Below are positions 63,722 to 64,000 of a stretch of 64,000 nt of DNA, in pieces; position 1 is the stretch's first letter; every line of letters starts with the position of its first letter. The notes beneath the pieces were generated by a model. That model was not told the origin of the DNA and did not search any database. It saw only the letters and a program-made list of their open reading frames with translations. The DNA is taken from NCBI RefSeq assembly GCF_964355755.1, contig NC_092672.1, positions 3,968,001 through 4,032,000 of the forward strand. The letters run 5' to 3'. The stretch is from Antedon mediterranea (taxonomy: Eukaryota > Animalia > Echinodermata). Both the position numbers and the translations under genes were made by a program.

Positions 63722-64000
63722 AGTATATGACCGCCCTCATAAAGTAAAATATTCTCCATCTGAAAAGAAAAAATGAGTGTTTTTAAATCTTTCAGCCAAG
63801 CCAATTTAAACTCCCTGCCTGTAATTTGCTTCCAGAATCCAGAATTTGAATATGATCACTTTCAACAATCTGCATCTGCTACGAAAATAGAAATAATCAT
63901 AGCAGAAGATGTTTAATAATTAGTTCTTTTATAATAATATATTAATATGCATATATACACACAACAGGCAAAGAACATTAATTCTAAACCGCCCGGTGGT

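Larger units (their letters stand above)
47455..63759 (-). pseudogene. RSKR: RSKR-like kinase 3' fragment, block 4: exons 63759-62179 (interrupted), 61807-61608, 61294-54821 (interrupted), 47493-47455
   Basis: DFG exon split by a 1.46-kb insertion and penultimate exon split by a 6.3-kb insertion; both rejoin exactly when insert + TSD are removed. Confidence 0.85.

Noticed and set aside
55735-63740. Many long overlapping ORFs (FKRITNL/LNKLLIC repeats, up to 400 aa) resembling LRR or coiled-coil proteins
   Set aside because: They arise in several frames on both strands from a 21-bp near-palindromic repeat inside TIR/TSD-bounded elements; there is no evidence of coding function.

Overview
AT-rich animal genomic DNA, not prokaryotic. 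It has GT-AG introns, Pol II promoters, SINE/LINE fragments, a Helitron and DNA transposons; an invertebrate deuterostome source is a guess. The + strand carries nine paralogous two-exon genes for secreted collagen-plus-gC1q proteins (C1qDC/CTRP-like): eight are open and one is disabled. The - strand carries four copies of the 3' half of an RSKR/SGK494-like AGC kinase gene, all damaged. Splice sites place the C1q genes antisense inside the LAST intron of this kinase, between an exon ending ...RELS and a 39-nt terminal exon FDNFDWIRETDL*. The locus expanded at two levels: ~3.3-kb C1q units within the intron, and 10-20-kb blocks of kinase 3' end plus nested C1q genes. The C1q paralogs differ in three ways: hypervariable head-domain loops, an in-frame minisatellite giving 18-64 Gly-X-Y triplets, and mosaic (conversion-like) patches. 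Empty sites in paralogous blocks give precise boundaries for many insertions: a Helitron, a long-TIR foldback (Academ-like), IS3EU-like elements filled with palindromic 21-bp repeats, Kolobok/hAT/Harbinger MITEs, P-like footprints and a 5S rRNA retro-fragment. Coordinates were read by hand; family names come from terminal/TSD signatures and recalled protein motifs, not from database searches.
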